The notes under the pieces were generated by a model. That model did not search any database. It worked only from the letters and a program-made list of their open reading frames with translations, and was not told the origin of the DNA. DNA of 64,000 nucleotides from Octopus sinensis (taxonomy: Eukaryota), in assembly GCF_006345805.1 (NCBI RefSeq), contig NC_042997.1, positions 92,690,001 to 92,754,000 of the forward strand. Reading direction: 5' to 3'. This document shows, one piece after another, positions 25,646 to 39,859 of this stretch (positions are counted from its first letter, which is position 1; each line of letters begins with the position of its first letter). Both the position numbers and the translations under genes were made by a program.

Positions 25646-26878
25646 TACCGTATTTGACGTCGTATAAACACACTTTCACAGAAGACGCGTGCTATTTTAC
25701 AAGTATATTTTGTAGAAAATACAAATCTAGTATGTTTCTTCATGTATTTACTCTTTTACTCTTTTACTTGTTTCAGTCATCTGACTGTGGCCATGCTAGA
25801 GCACCGCCTTTAGTCGAGCAAATTGAACCCAGGACTTATTCTTTCTAAGCCTAGTACTTATTCTATCGGTCTCTTTTGCCGAACCGCTACATTACGGGGA
25901 CATAAACACACCAGCATCGTTTGTCAAGCGATGTTGGGGGGGGGGGCAAAGAGAGACACATAAACATATACACACACACACATACATACATATATACATA
26001 TATACGACGGGCTTCTTTCAGTTTCCGTCTACCAAATCCACTCACAAGGCTTTGGTCAGCCGAGGCTATAGTAGAAGACATTTGCCCAAGGTGTCATGCA
26101 GTGGGACTGAACCCGGAACCATGTGGTTGGTAAGCAAGCTACTTACCACACAGCCACTCCTACGCCTATAAAATTATTTTACATTGGTTTCATAAAGAAA
26201 ATGTATAACTGTGCATGTAAATTCGATGTTATGCCAGCTTGCTGGAATAGAATATTAAGCCACAAATTTATCATGACTCAACTACGTCATACAACTACCG
26301 TATTTCAAGCGTATCTTCTTTCATATCAGCTGTATAATTGCTTGTATTTTAGTCATGAGATTTGTTATAAGGGCGTGAAGCTTGTATTTCTGGCTATAAT
26401 GTAACTTCAATCAGCCACCATGGCTCATAACTGCTATGATTATGTATTCATCTCCTCATTCCAAATAACTGCCAGGTAGATGAACGTTTGTTAACATTCT
26501 ATTCATCTTTCTTGTAGAATTTTTCATGTAGGTAATTGAAGAATATCTCTTAACGGTAACATAGTCATTAAATAATGTAAGAAGCATATCAGCTTTGGGT
26601 TACGTATGCTGGCGAAGGAGATGTAATGAAATGATGTGACCTCCCTCATAACTGCAATTTTTAAGTTTACTACAAGCTGCGCTATTTTGGCTTGTTTTCA
26701 ATAGTTTATGGTTAGTAACTATTATTGTGCCTCGTAACAATTATTAGTATCAATAATTATGCTTATCCGGTTCCCTAGCTTACGACACTCGGTCTCCCAT
26801 CCGTGCTAAACGCGGGTAAATTTTTAGAAACGTTTAATTAAAAAAAAAAAGGCATCTTATACGGCTGCAAATACGGTA
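25646..26878. mobile_element. Tc1/pogo-type non-autonomous element
   Basis: Imperfect 22-bp inverted ends TACCGTATTTG(AC/CA)G(T/C)CGTATAA including TA. No clear transposase was read. Confidence 0.55.
25748..26165 (-). mobile_element. SINE family B, full length, nested in the Tc1/pogo element
   Basis: Near-identical reverse complement of 9236-9646. Confidence 0.92.
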
Positions 26879-27223
26879 CTTAATTTATCCTAATTCACAA
26901 CTTGAGTTATTTCCCTTAGTTCAATGTTGTTTAAACATGAGACTTATACCTCGACCACCTCAAACAGAATGTTTCTTTCCGTTTCTCCTGTAGATGTCAA
27001 CCTGCCGATGAACATAGACTGCATTGATCTCACCTTTTTGAGAGAGCATGCACAGATCATTAGCACAGTTACTCCTTACCTGATTAATTTTTAAAAAAGA
27101 AATCAATGTTACATCAGATCTATAACTTTTAAGACCGCGGGAAAAACTATATTATAGATTTTTTTCTAATACAGCAAGTTCATGATTATTCCCAAATCTT
27201 TTATGTTAGTTCTTTATTTGACA

Positions 27224-27303
<80 letters not shown>

Positions 27304-27324
27304 GTGTAGGTGCGGGTGTTTCTG

Positions 27325-27545
27325 CGCGCGCGCGGAATTCCGAGCTGGAGACCATAGCCTAGAAGATGAGCCTCGTCCTGGAAAATCTGTAGAGCTAGAC
27401 GAGGACGTCCTGCAAACCTTGGTGGAACAAAATCCCATCGTAACTATTGATGAACTACGGAGAAGTTTGGATTTAGTCATTCAAACATTCATCAACACCT
27501 ACATGCCATCGGAAAAGTCAGCGAATTGGGTCAATGGGTTCCTCA
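27325..27545 (+). mobile_element. Mariner family 1 fragment (N-terminal part)
   Basis: FRAGDHSLEDEPRPGKSVELDEDVLQTLVEQNP..GKVSELGQWVPH, homologous to 10383-10620. Confidence 0.85.
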
Positions 27546-28548
27546 TTGTTGTAGAAATACAACATCAGAGACAGCTCGGAATATTAAAGGAGTATTTCAT
27601 TGTAATGTTATTACATAGCAGACAGTATCAAATTGGTATGCAAAATTTCGTTCTGGTAACTTTGAACTCACAAATGAGCAATGCGGTCGACCAGAAACAA
27701 AGGTGGATAATGACGAACTGAAAGCTAATGTCGGGTTAGATCCACCTCAAAGTGCCCGTGTATTATCGTTGTTGTTTGGTGTTAGCAAGCAAACAATATT
27801 GACTCGCCTAGTTCAAATCGGTAAAGTGAAAAAGTTAAATAACTGGGTTTCACATGAACTCAATGAAAATCAGAAACAGCAACGCTACTTTCTCGTCACG
27901 GAAATTAATCATTTTTGAACCGAATCGTAACATGTGATGAGAAATGGATCCAATACAACAACCGTAAATGTTCAGCACAATGGTTGGACAAAGATGAGCC
28001 ACTAAAACACAGTCCAAAAATCAAAATTCATCAAAAGAAGCTGATGGTGTGCGTATGGTGGAGGTGTGATCTGGCTCATCAAAAACAGCCGAAGTATACC
28101 GCAGCCAACTGGACCAAATTATGCAGAAACCTAAAAAAAAAGCCTAGATTAGTCAACAGATCCACTCCTATCCTATTCTATTGCAAGACAATGCCAGGCC
28201 ACACATCGCAAAAATAACATTGGCGAAACTACAGGAGTTGGAGTTGGAATTCTCCATCATTCACCTGATCTTGCTCCACTGGCTATCACTTCTTCCAGAA
28301 TTTGGATAACGTTTTGATAAGTAAAATAATTTAATTCCGAATGCTGTAAAACAGGCCTTCCAAGATTTTTTGACTCTAGATTACCAGACTTTTATAGTTC
28401 TGGGCTAGACAATCTACAGCTGAAATGGTAAAAGTGTATTGACAATATGGGTGCATACTTTGATGAATAAAATAATTCCTTGCATTTATAAAACATTAGC
28501 AAACGTTTTTTTTTCTTTTCTACAAATTTCATACTTGACGACCTAATA
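27546..28548 (+). pseudogene. Mariner family 2 transposase, 5'-truncated and frameshifted, with 3' TIR
   Basis: WYAKFRSG..GKVKKLNNWVSHEL; RIVTCDEKWIQY; QDNARPH; PDLAP.GYHFF. End TIR TTTCATACTTGACGACCTAATA. Confidence 0.88.
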
Positions 28549-28654
28549 AAAAATGAAGGTGAGTATATTTTGGATTTAAAAAGAACTTTGTTTATATTAA
28601 TTTTGAAAAATAAAATAAGTATAAAAAACCGTATAATTTAAGGGATGACCCCAT
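28549..28654 (+). mobile_element. Mariner family 1, 3' UTR and TIR
   Basis: AAAAGAACTTTGTTTAT.TTAATTT..GGGATGACCCCATA matches the reverse complement of 10031-10130. Confidence 0.8.
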
Positions 28655-28655
28655 A

Positions 28656-28740
<85 letters not shown>

Positions 28741-28817
28741 TCAATATCAGGGTAGCAAAAAATTCAAGAGAAATTTTTCGCCACCAGCGGTCCAGTGAGA
28801 AAGAAAAAATAGTCAAC

Positions 28818-28865
<48 letters not shown>

Positions 28866-28933
28866 ATCAACTTAATCCCTTTGTCTGTCCTTGTTTGTCC
28901 CCTCTATGTTTAGTCCCTTGTGGGCAATAAAGA

Positions 28934-29420
<487 letters not shown>

Positions 29421-30679
29421 ACCTTCTTCTAAGTGTTATTAACATATGTATATGTGTGTGCGTGTGCGTGCACGCGTGCGCGCGCGTGTGTATAATAGCT
29501 GTTATAAATGTTGGTTGGGTGGATGTTTGATTTATCCAGTTGCGCTCTACATCGTTCAGAGAGAGAGGGAAAGAGAGAAAGAGAGTAAAAGAGAGATAGA
29601 GCAGAGGTTAGCATAAGAAGTGGTTGATGACTATATATATACTAGGCTTGGCGGCAGGCAGCGAGTAAAGGAGCAGAGCTATAGACATACATAGTTACTA
29701 AAAGAGAAAGAGGAGGAGGAGGAGAAAGGGAAAGGAGAAGGACGAGGGGAGCAGTAGAAGGAAGGAGATGATGAGAAAGAAGAAAAGGAAGGGAAAGAAT
29801 TGGAGGAGGAGGAAAAGGATGTGAAGGAAGACGGGAGAAAATGGAGACGGGAAATAAATGATAGGGTTGTTATAGGAAGAGTTATACTAATAAGAAATTT
29901 GATTTATTTAATTTTAATTGAAGATAATGAATTCTTTTCTTCTTTTTTTTTGTAAATTAATATTCATTTCATCGTTTTGCTGAAGCGCCAAGAAATTTGA
30001 TAAACGTTTACTTGTAATTATCGTTTGTATTCCATGTTTCTTGATAGTACCTATGGTAACAAAAATAGACTTCCACAGTTACCTGTCACACGACGGGTAA
30101 CGTGCTCGCGCGCACGCGCACACAGTTGATCGTTGTTGGTGTTTAATCCCATGTTGGCTTTGAATAAGCAGGCATTTTGATGAATGCCATTAATACTATG
30201 AACATTCTGCAGTCAGAGCATCAGCCTCATTATCAAAAGGAGACGGTCTGTTTTGTTATTGTTTCTGCTGCTGCTGCTGTCGTCATCTTGGTGTAGTCTT
30301 TAAATCTGGCTCCACCGAATATACCAATAACCATGGATGTTCCAACCTTGACCATCCCATCGTATTGCATGTATATCAGAAACTGTATTATCCGAGGTAT
30401 ATTTTTCAAGACGGTAGAATGTAACTTGATTGCAATTTGGCTGCTTGTTTTAGCAAATCGAGCAGCAACGTAGAGGCTCCCTCGCTGCTGAACAATGAAA
30501 TAGAAATAGCGGATTTGGTAGGTGTTGGTTTTAATCTGTAATTTTTTTTCTTTTAAGCAGGTTTCTGGGTTGTTAAAATGGAGTTGGAATAGCGTCTACC
30601 ATCTCTATGCTTAATTTCAGGTGTGAGTACAGCTTAAAATTATTACAATATGTAACACGATTTTTGGCCTTGGATAGCA

Positions 30680-31050
30680 ACTGTTATTTTCTATTTGCTT
30701 ACCCATAAGAGGCATGAAAAATGGCTAATATTTCCTTCAAACTTTACTTTGGTTACAAACTCCAAAAAATAGCTATGATGCTCCCACACTACTCATGCTC
30801 ATGATTAGAGATGCACATATTGTCAGTCACCAAGGGACATGCTCAAATAGTTAAAGCAAAGCAACTGACAAGCAAATCTGTGGTATTGAGCAGAATATTT
30901 GCTATAACGTTATTTCTGCTTCTGTAACTCAATTCTGAATCTGTCCGAAATGTAATGGAAAATAGGTCAGTTTCAAAACATTGATGTCCAGGTCACAAAA
31001 GCAAAGTTTGGAGGGAATAGTAGTCATTTCCTTTGATTTCTAAATAAAAG
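30680..31050 (+). repeat. Interspersed repeat family D
   Basis: CATATTGTCAGTCAC..GGACATGCTCAA..CTGACAAGCAAATCTGTGGTA is found inverted at 41140-41520. Confidence 0.7.
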
Positions 31051-32164
31051 CAAATAAAAAATAACACTTACTGACCAAAGACAGAAAAAAAAACATTTTG
31101 TTTCACAGTGTTATATTCTGGCAACTTGAGCACTTACATAGTTCCGTGCACCATATTTTGATGGCAATGCAGCATGATGCTTGCGAAGATCTTTGCACTT
31201 CAATATTCGGCTCATGTCTGAAATTGTATATCACACGGGGGCTGTTGGTGAATTCCAAATTGTCGCTTAAAGCTTTTGGAAGACTGTACTAATCAACTTT
31301 GGAATTTGCTCCAAACAAAAGTGAAATACATCTGTCTAATGTGCATCGTATGATTCACAAGAGTAACTCTTCTGCATGTGTACCATATCATATCTGGCGA
31401 TATTCACATCTATGCTTTTCCCCGACATCACACACAAAATGCGACCAAGAAGACGAAAAAGGAACCCACCACCACCACCACAAAAAAAAAACAGTTTGTT
31501 AAATAGGACGAACAATGTACCTAACTCTTGAAAGGCAGATATGTAACGCTCACGTTTGATCATTTATTGGAAAGCCTTCATGTATCCCGTTCCAAAATAT
31601 CCATTTACATTATTACAGCCGGAGAACGAATGAAATCCAGCCAGGGATGACGTCACGTCAAAGCCAAACTGACTACAAAGGAAGTTACTATCAAGAGTGC
31701 AGACTTCGTCATCACAACCGGTGGGGAAGAGGAGAGTCACAGTAAACTTCTGTGGATATCACATGCTGATAGTGAGTATACCAATGAACATACTGTTTTA
31801 TAACCACAGCCGGTAGAACTGTTGTGGAGGGATGTTGATTTTGACTAAATGCTTCTGGGCATATTCTGCATGTAAATGTAACCGAGTATTCCACATATTC
31901 GTGGCTACAATGGGGTTCCGGTAAAAGTATAACCTTCACAATTTCAGAATTCTCTAAAAATGCATTGTTATCTTTTATTTTTTTGTCTTTTACTTGTTTC
32001 AGTCATTTCAGGAACGTAAACAGACCAACACCGTTGTCAAGAGGTAGTGGGGTACAAACGCATACACAAAGACACACATACACACACAATATATATATAA
32101 AAGGGTGGGAGAGGCACAATGAAGAGATTTTGATTTTGAGAAAAGATACATTTTTTACAAATAC

Positions 32165-32572
32165 TCTTTACTCTTTTACTTGTTTTAGTCATTTGATTGC
32201 GGCCATGCTGGAGCACCGCCTTTAGTCGAAGAAATTGACCCCAGGACTTATTCTTTGTAAGTTTAGTACTTATTCAATCGATGTCTTTTGCCGAACCGCC
32301 AAGTTACGGGGACGTAAACACACCAGCATCGGTTGTCAAGCGATGTTGGGGGGACAATCACAAACATATACACACACATACACACACATATATATATATA
32401 CACACATATACGACCGGCTTCTTTCAGTTTCCGTCTACCAAATCCACTCACAAAGCTTTGGTCGGCCCGAGGCTACAATAGAAGGCACTTGCCCAAGGTG
32501 CCACGCAGTGGGAATGAACCCGGAACCATGTGGCTGGTAAGCAAACTCCTTTCCACACAGCCACTCCTGCGC
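32165..32572 (-). mobile_element. SINE family B, full length (a partial copy precedes it at about 31985-32080)
   Basis: Reverse complement of the family consensus. Confidence 0.92.
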
Positions 32573-34206
32573 CTATGTTCACCACCTTACAAAAACTATA
32601 CCAACTAATCAAATGATTCTTATATACACCCGGTAAGTACTTCTGCCAAGTATAAAATAGTTACTCCACAAATGACTCTTTATTCTCGCCTGAGCTGTCA
32701 GACTACTTCCACTGGGTTGGCCGCTTCTGATTTATGTTGTCTAGTTGAATTTTAATGATTTATATTCCTCTGGCAGCACGATGATTTTGTTTTTTTACTT
32801 TATTCTTGATGCTTATTTTTAGGTAGGTATCTGTTACAAAATAGATCTCCTTTGCTCATTGTTATGATATTGAGGCTCCTTCGTTGCTGTGTACTGTATC
32901 CTATATTGGCGATTGTGATGTTGGCGAATTTTGCTTCGTTGAAATGATAGATACTACGAGATATTTATGCTTGCAAAGTTTGTGTGTGTGTGTATTGCTC
33001 ACTCATGTATGTTTGTGAGGTAGAATGAGAGTTGGAGTATGGGTTGCAATGCAATTGTTTGTAGTAGTTAGGTGTGAAGATCAGAAAGTCACTCCGGTGA
33101 AAAATTAATGTAGTTATTATCGTAGTGGAGTATTTTAGTAATAAGGGTGTTGGCTTTTTTTAACATATAAAAGAAATTCAGATACGATGTGATTAAATCG
33201 TATCTTATGTTACATGAAAAGTTGTTTGTTTGTGTTTTCTTATCTTTTTATTTCTAACTTTTGTTGCGTGTACATGCAGTATTGAGTTGAACGTAAGATA
33301 AGTGAGAAACGTGGTAATGTTATTTGCTGAAGAAATTTTTTTCAGATCCTCTTGATAGTAAGAAGATTCTGCAAAGCATGTAATGCCAATGGACAATTAG
33401 TAAGAGTTAAACTACGTGAGAAAGACTAAAAGACCGTGCAATGCACAGAGACAATTCGCTTTCCTGTTGGTAATTTTACAAGAGTTTGGACAGTAGGTGA
33501 ACAGCTTCTCGATGGTAATGACAGGTGACTTCCTTCAGGTACTGTATTTCTCACCTGAACAGTCACAGCACAGTTGAATATGATCCACTTAGAATTTGCG
33601 GCTGAGAAGTTTGGCTGGGTTTAAAAAGTAGTTGAACATACTTCGAAAGATGCTATCAGACATTCGCTTAGTTATCTTCGTAGAGGTAAAGCCTATTCAC
33701 TATGTAAGCAGCGTAAAATTGGCATATCTCGGATCACTTAACTGACTTGAAGCAGCTGTGTATTTATGGAACAGAGGCTGTTATGTAAAATGAGGATCTG
33801 GAATGGTTTACCTCGATTAGGCTACACTAGGCTGATCAGGCCTAGTGTATACAACGTTACAACCTTCAACGTTACAACCTTTCTGCTTATGAATAAAACA
33901 GTTAAAAGGCTTCTATGAATACGCATAATAGGAATCTTTAATGACCTCGCCTTATAATCAACACACATTTATTATATCCAATTATCCCACACAGATTTAT
34001 CATTATTTGTCTCACATTTTGTTTTGGCTGTTATTCATTTGGTGCACCGAAAGTTGTTATCGAAGAAGTCTGAAAGAGAGAGAGAGAGAGAGAGAGGGGG
34101 GGCGGAGAAAACAAGCTGAAAATGCAAATTAAGAATGAGAAAATTTATTTACAACCACTTAACTGGTTTCATGATTTTCAAAAGGGGTGAAATTTTGAGA
34201 ATCCTG

Positions 34207-34621
34207 GGATCTTTTCGGTTTGAACGGCAGTTTTTAAAAATAATTTCTAGGTAATTAAAAAATTTTAAACTTCGTATACTGGTAGAATGTGTTTATAAAA
34301 CATTTTTTCTCTTGGCTTTATTGAGAAAATTCTATAGTTTGTAAGCTATTTGTTGTTTTTTTCTTCAATTTCTGAAATTTCAACCAATCAGTGACGTCTT
34401 TTGAGTTAAAAAGCATTCTGTGCCGTATGAATATGTCCCTCGTTTAAGAAACAGACTGGATTTATTTACATTTGTGAAGAAAAAAAGATACCCTTCCAAC
34501 ACCCTTAACCCTAACCCTAAAACAGATTGAAATGCAATAGCTCGATACTATGGTCATAATTATGGGTGACAATTTCATATGACACCGCTAGAAAAAACTG
34601 CCGTTCAAACCGAAAAGATCC
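34207..34621. mobile_element. MITE with 27-bp TIRs and internal CCCTAA hexamers
   Basis: GGATCTTTTCGGTTTGAACGGCAGTTT at both ends. Subterminal similarity to 41819-42444. Confidence 0.85.
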
Positions 34622-35889
34622 GGGGTGAAATTTTGAGAATCCTGGACTATATTGTATTTGAACTAAATTTTTAATGGGTATTTGTCACAGATTGTATGTA
34701 TGGTATTATTGTTAACACGTATTCATTATCCAAATGGATGCTATTTCTTATATCTGATTCAGTGGAATTAAATAACTATAAACAATCACCATGAAACTTA
34801 AAGAAATGTAGGTGTCTGAGTACGGCATAGGTTTTGTACAGCCGACTAAACTTATCTCAGTAGATTACTGATACTAGTATCGAGTCAATTTGCTACATAA
34901 TCGTTCAGCTTGCGAGAAATAGCCATAAAATCATACTCTTGCATTTTAATCAAGGTATCGAAGGATATTGGAAAATATTGTTCTAGATAAACAATGCATA
35001 AAGAAGAGACGAGGTGATTACAGCAGGAGCGAATTTGATCAGAGCTGCTGAAACAGGGCAGACTTGGGACTTGGCAAAAGCATGACAAATTGTTAGAAGT
35101 ATCTATATTATCGTCACCTGGGCGGAATGAAAAATCATAATTGTTTCTAACATGATTAAAACTTACACAGAAACGAAGCCTATGAAGAATTATGGATGAG
35201 ATTCTACGCAAATTTGCACCGAATTTTCATACATAATGCATTTGTGAAGAATATAGATAATGAATGGTTCTTTGGAACAAAGGCAAAAACAAAAATACTG
35301 AAAGAGAGAAGACGAAAGAGTTAGAGAGCGTGAAAAAGTGGTGATTTTGATCAAAGATTCGACTGGTTTCATATTATCACGATTATAAGTAAATTTTCAG
35401 TGTCACATCGAGTTAATTAAATCAGCTTTAGTTTCGATCCTGGTAAATATAACATAGCACAAATAATAACACATCCCCGACCACCTCTTGGCTGATCTCA
35501 TGGCAACGCACAGATGATATTTGCCTTGACCTATTATTGCAGTTAAAGTAAATAGTATACTGCATTTTAAAATCGGTTACACAGCAATGGCCGATGTTAG
35601 TGGGGATGATGGAGAAATAAATAGCTCACACCTCATTATTCTATGAGCAACTCTTGTAAATATTTAATGATTGCGTTGATGAAAGACGTAGAGTTATAAA
35701 TGGCCGAGTTAATATTGATGTTGGACAAAGTGTCGGAAGGTTAGGCGGATCATATTTTAGAGCCAGCGCTACAGTTTTCATGGACTTTCATGGCCTAAAC
35801 ATTTAAATAACTCGTTCGACAAATTGTAGTTACTGCATGGCGGTACAGTTTATTATATGATGAACTATAGTGTCTAAACTGAGCATTAT

Positions 35890-36228
35890 ATTGTATGTAT
35901 GTATGTATGTATGTATGTATGTATGTATGTATGTATGTATGTATGTATGTATGTATGTACGTATATACGTATGTATGTATGTATGTATGTATGTATGTAT
36001 GTACGTATGTATGTACGTATGTATGTATGTATGCATGTATATGTATGTATGTATGATGTATGTATGTATGTATGTATGTATGAATGCATGTATGTATGTA
36101 TGTGTGTATGTATGTATGTATGTATGTATGTATGCATGCATGCATGTTTGTATGTATGTATGTATGTATGTATGTATGTATGTATGTATGTATGTATGCA
36201 TGTATGCATGAATGCATGTATGTATGTA

Positions 36229-36266
<38 letters not shown>
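35890..36266. repeat. Long compound (TATG)n/(TA)n microsatellite
   Basis: Direct reading. Confidence 0.95.
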
Positions 36267-36269
<3 letters not shown>

Positions 36270-36297
36270 AAACAGGAGATTAGAAAACATTTGAGAA

Positions 36298-36539
36298 TTA
36301 TTTAATCACCATTAAACATGTTTCATTTGCTAACAGGAGTTACAAAATCGTACATGTAGGAGAAAAATATATGATATATCCTATTCAGACTAATTCTTCA
36401 GATATAGACTCAAATAATTTTACTATTTGATCCTCTGTTTGAAAAATTTCTAATAAGAGATGTCTTATATTTTTCTTCTACATGTACAATTTTGTAATTC
36501 GTATTAGCAAATGAAACATGTGTAATGGTGAATAAACAA
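36298..36539. mobile_element. MITE-like element with ~72-bp inverted arms
   Basis: 36298-36370 versus the reverse complement of 36467-36539. Confidence 0.7.
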
Positions 36540-36544
36540 TTCCA

Positions 36545-36611
36545 TTTTTTTGCCAAAGTTACGGGGACTAAAAGAACCAACACCGGTTATCAAGCGGTGG
36601 TAGCGGAACAG

Positions 36612-36680
<69 letters not shown>

Positions 36681-36785
36681 AGAGCCATAGTAAGGGACAC
36701 TTGCCCAAGATTCAGCACAGTGAGACTGAACCTGAAAACACGTGGTTGCAAGACGTGCTTCTTATCTACACAGCCAAGTCATACT
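36545..36785 (-). mobile_element. SINE family B, deleted and diverged
   Basis: GTTACGGGGAC..CACCGGTTATCAAGCG..(CA)n..CACTTGCCCAAG. Confidence 0.7.
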
Positions 36786-39282
36786 TATAACTCTGTTAAC
36801 TCTTTTCTTTTTCCTTTTCACTCTAAAACGGTAACACAACGTTCTCTTGAAGATAGAATTCAACTAGTCATCTCAATTACGAAATTTGAAAATGATAGTG
36901 GAGTTGTGCGACAGGAAAAGAATTTACCACCACCAATCCACTAGACTGTCAAACCACCAGTGGTGTTTATTTTGGATTTATTTGAGGTTTAGGGAATGTT
37001 GCCAAAAGTTCAGTCAGATCATAATTAGCTGGTGAAAAATCTCTTAATATTGTCGACAAACTTGTCGTGGCAACTCATTCAATCTCAGTTTGTAGTAATG
37101 CTGCAGCTAAAGGAATGAGTCCGAGCTCATTTTACAACCTACTTCTAACGGTCTAATAATAAAATAAATGTTAGTCAAGCTGGTTTGAGTAGTGCTTCAA
37201 GCATTTATCCTTGAGATATTACTTATGAAACATCAAATGTGTGAAATAATTTTTCTTTGTACAGGGTATCTCGAAGGATACAATAAAGCTATAAACAATG
37301 GCATGTAAATATTGGACCGAAGAACCATTTTGGATAGAAAGAGTCGAAGGCTATCCCGTTCCATATCTTTTTCGACCTTATTATTTACATGCTATTCTTT
37401 ATAGCTTTATGTGTGTATCGAGATCAACTGTCAAAAAAAAAAAAGAGAAAAGACAACAAGAATTATGTCGCGTTCTCTCGAAAGTTCATAAATTTTTATG
37501 GCATCAACAACATCAAATATGCGTGTGTGTAGATAGGTAGGTAATACATACATACATACATACATACATACATACATACATACATACATACATACATACA
37601 TACATACATACATACATACATACATACATACAATGTATTTTCAGATTCCGAGTAGACTTTAATGGAGGAGGCATATATCTTGTTTCATATTTAACTACGA
37701 AGTTTTAAAAAGTCATCCAGAAACAAATATGCTTTGAAGTAAACAATATTTATTAACAATTCATATAATTTTAGATATTTCAGCAAGTATAGGAGACAAG
37801 TACTAAACAATTTCGATACTATTATCAACTCATTAGTAAAGCATACCCTTTAATATGCTTGCCGAAGTAGCAATAAAAGAATCTCTAAGCAAATGAACAA
37901 GATTGTACATAGCATTATTTAGAAAATAAATAACTCAGAAATGCTATCTGCATGAAAAAAAATATTTAAGTCGATAGTAACATTTAATGTATGGCGTATT
38001 AAAAGGCGAATAAATGATAGTCATGTGACTGTTAGTCAATGCCTATGTGGTAGCCATTTTTATAAACCATGATTAATCACTTCTCATCTACCGTCATTGT
38101 CATCTTCCCTCCCATTCCACCCCCTCTCTCTTTCTCTCTCTCCAGATGTTGACATGAAAATAAGATATGCTCATAACGTTAGTTATTACCATTAATTATA
38201 TAAATATTATTGATAGCATACTTCGAATGAGGATGACTGTTTGCTTATAGGATTCAAACTAAAGCTAGGTTTCGGTGCGTTCTGCGATAGCCACAATGGA
38301 CGATCAACAGCTATTAACGCATCACAATCAGTTCTAGCTGTTATGTTGAAACCATAAAAATGAGCCTTGCTGTCAATTTTCTTGAACGAATGTGAAAGAT
38401 GAACAGAAGTAATAAGCTTAGAGCTAAAGCGGTACAGGAAGTGTTTGTGAATCACTTGTAAAGGCCGCTGGAGTAGCTTTTTTTTAAATTTTATTAATAT
38501 AGTGTGGCGGTGTCAAACCAGAGCAAATCTGAATATTGCCTTGGATCCTTGCTTCCTTGCTCTGGCTCCCTGCAGTTTTGCACGAGCTCGCAAAATTTAA
38601 TCTTAACATAAACTGTAACCCTACACATACCCCGCTCATTTCACGTTTGTGTTTTTATTTCACAGAAATTACGTTGTTTCATGATATACTGATATATCTG
38701 CGACACATTTCACTAATTTTCGCTGTGGTGCGCTTGTTCCTCATTCGTTTGTTAAATGGGGATTAACAGAAAGGTACTTTAAATAATATCTTCCTTAGTT
38801 TCGCACGTTCTTTTCTATCTCTTACATCTTTGGTTAAGATTTTCTGTAATTCACCATTTCTCACGTACCCTAGAGTAGCAAATAGCAAGGACGGTAATTA
38901 ACTTTGCGACAGTCCTTTGTTTAATTCCCATTAGCACAGTCAGCAAGCCCATTCCTTTTGCCGTTATACCAGTGAAGGTACTCAACTAGCCCTTTCTCGC
39001 TCATTCTTGTAAAAATAGATTTGAAATAATATTAACCACGAATATGCATTTTACTGCTCAATGTGCGCCAACTTCACGTTATATCGTAGTTATTACTCTT
39101 CATTGAAGCTACGCTTTATTCAATTGTGATCTTAAGATAGGGAATCAAAGTTATTATTCGTCAGTTGTTAACAAATTTGGTTACCGTTTTCCTTCTTCCT
39201 CCCCAGTTAAGTTTGTTCAACTTTAAAATGTATTATCCACTATATTTCTTATAACTATCAGATGAGTGCTACTTCACCCCCA

Positions 39283-39321
<39 letters not shown>

Positions 39322-39859
39322 CTCGCTCACTCACTCTTTTCCCACTTGTCATATTCTGGATGCCCCACTGGGTCAAGAGTAGGAATACTGAGAAGGTTTC
39401 TGATGTTTTACTCGCGCCTCTTAGACTTCTAAAACAGCAAAAGCATGATAGTTGCTACCGAGTTATATTCGCTCGGAAGCGACTGGATGTGGTTATTTAT
39501 TTGTTACTTAGCCGAATAAGTGAAAAACAAGATTTCAACTGATAGATTGCTTGATTTTCTTAGTTGTGAAATGCTTGTTATGTTGCTCTCAAACATTCTG
39601 TTTCTATTTTGCTGTTCTCTCCCCACCTCATGAGCAAAACATTCCCACGCATCATTGATTTAATCGCCCATCGACCATAATTTCACGTCACAGTCACCTT
39701 ACTCGCATCGGGTTTACTTTAGTCTCCCGAAGGTTAACATGCAGTTTACCGTTGTAAAAGAATTGAAATAAATTCTACTAAAAAAATGGGAGTAAATTGC
39801 GATAGAAATCGGAAGTTGACGACAATTCTTACCCACATGTACATTACTTGAATTACACT

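Noticed and set aside
31600-31960. Possible exon or DNA transposon fragment
   Set aside because: Only short ORFs with no recognisable motif.
37250-37310. Acceptor-like TTTTCTTTGTACAG followed by YLEGYNKAINNGM*
   Set aside because: Too short, with no supporting exon or homology.
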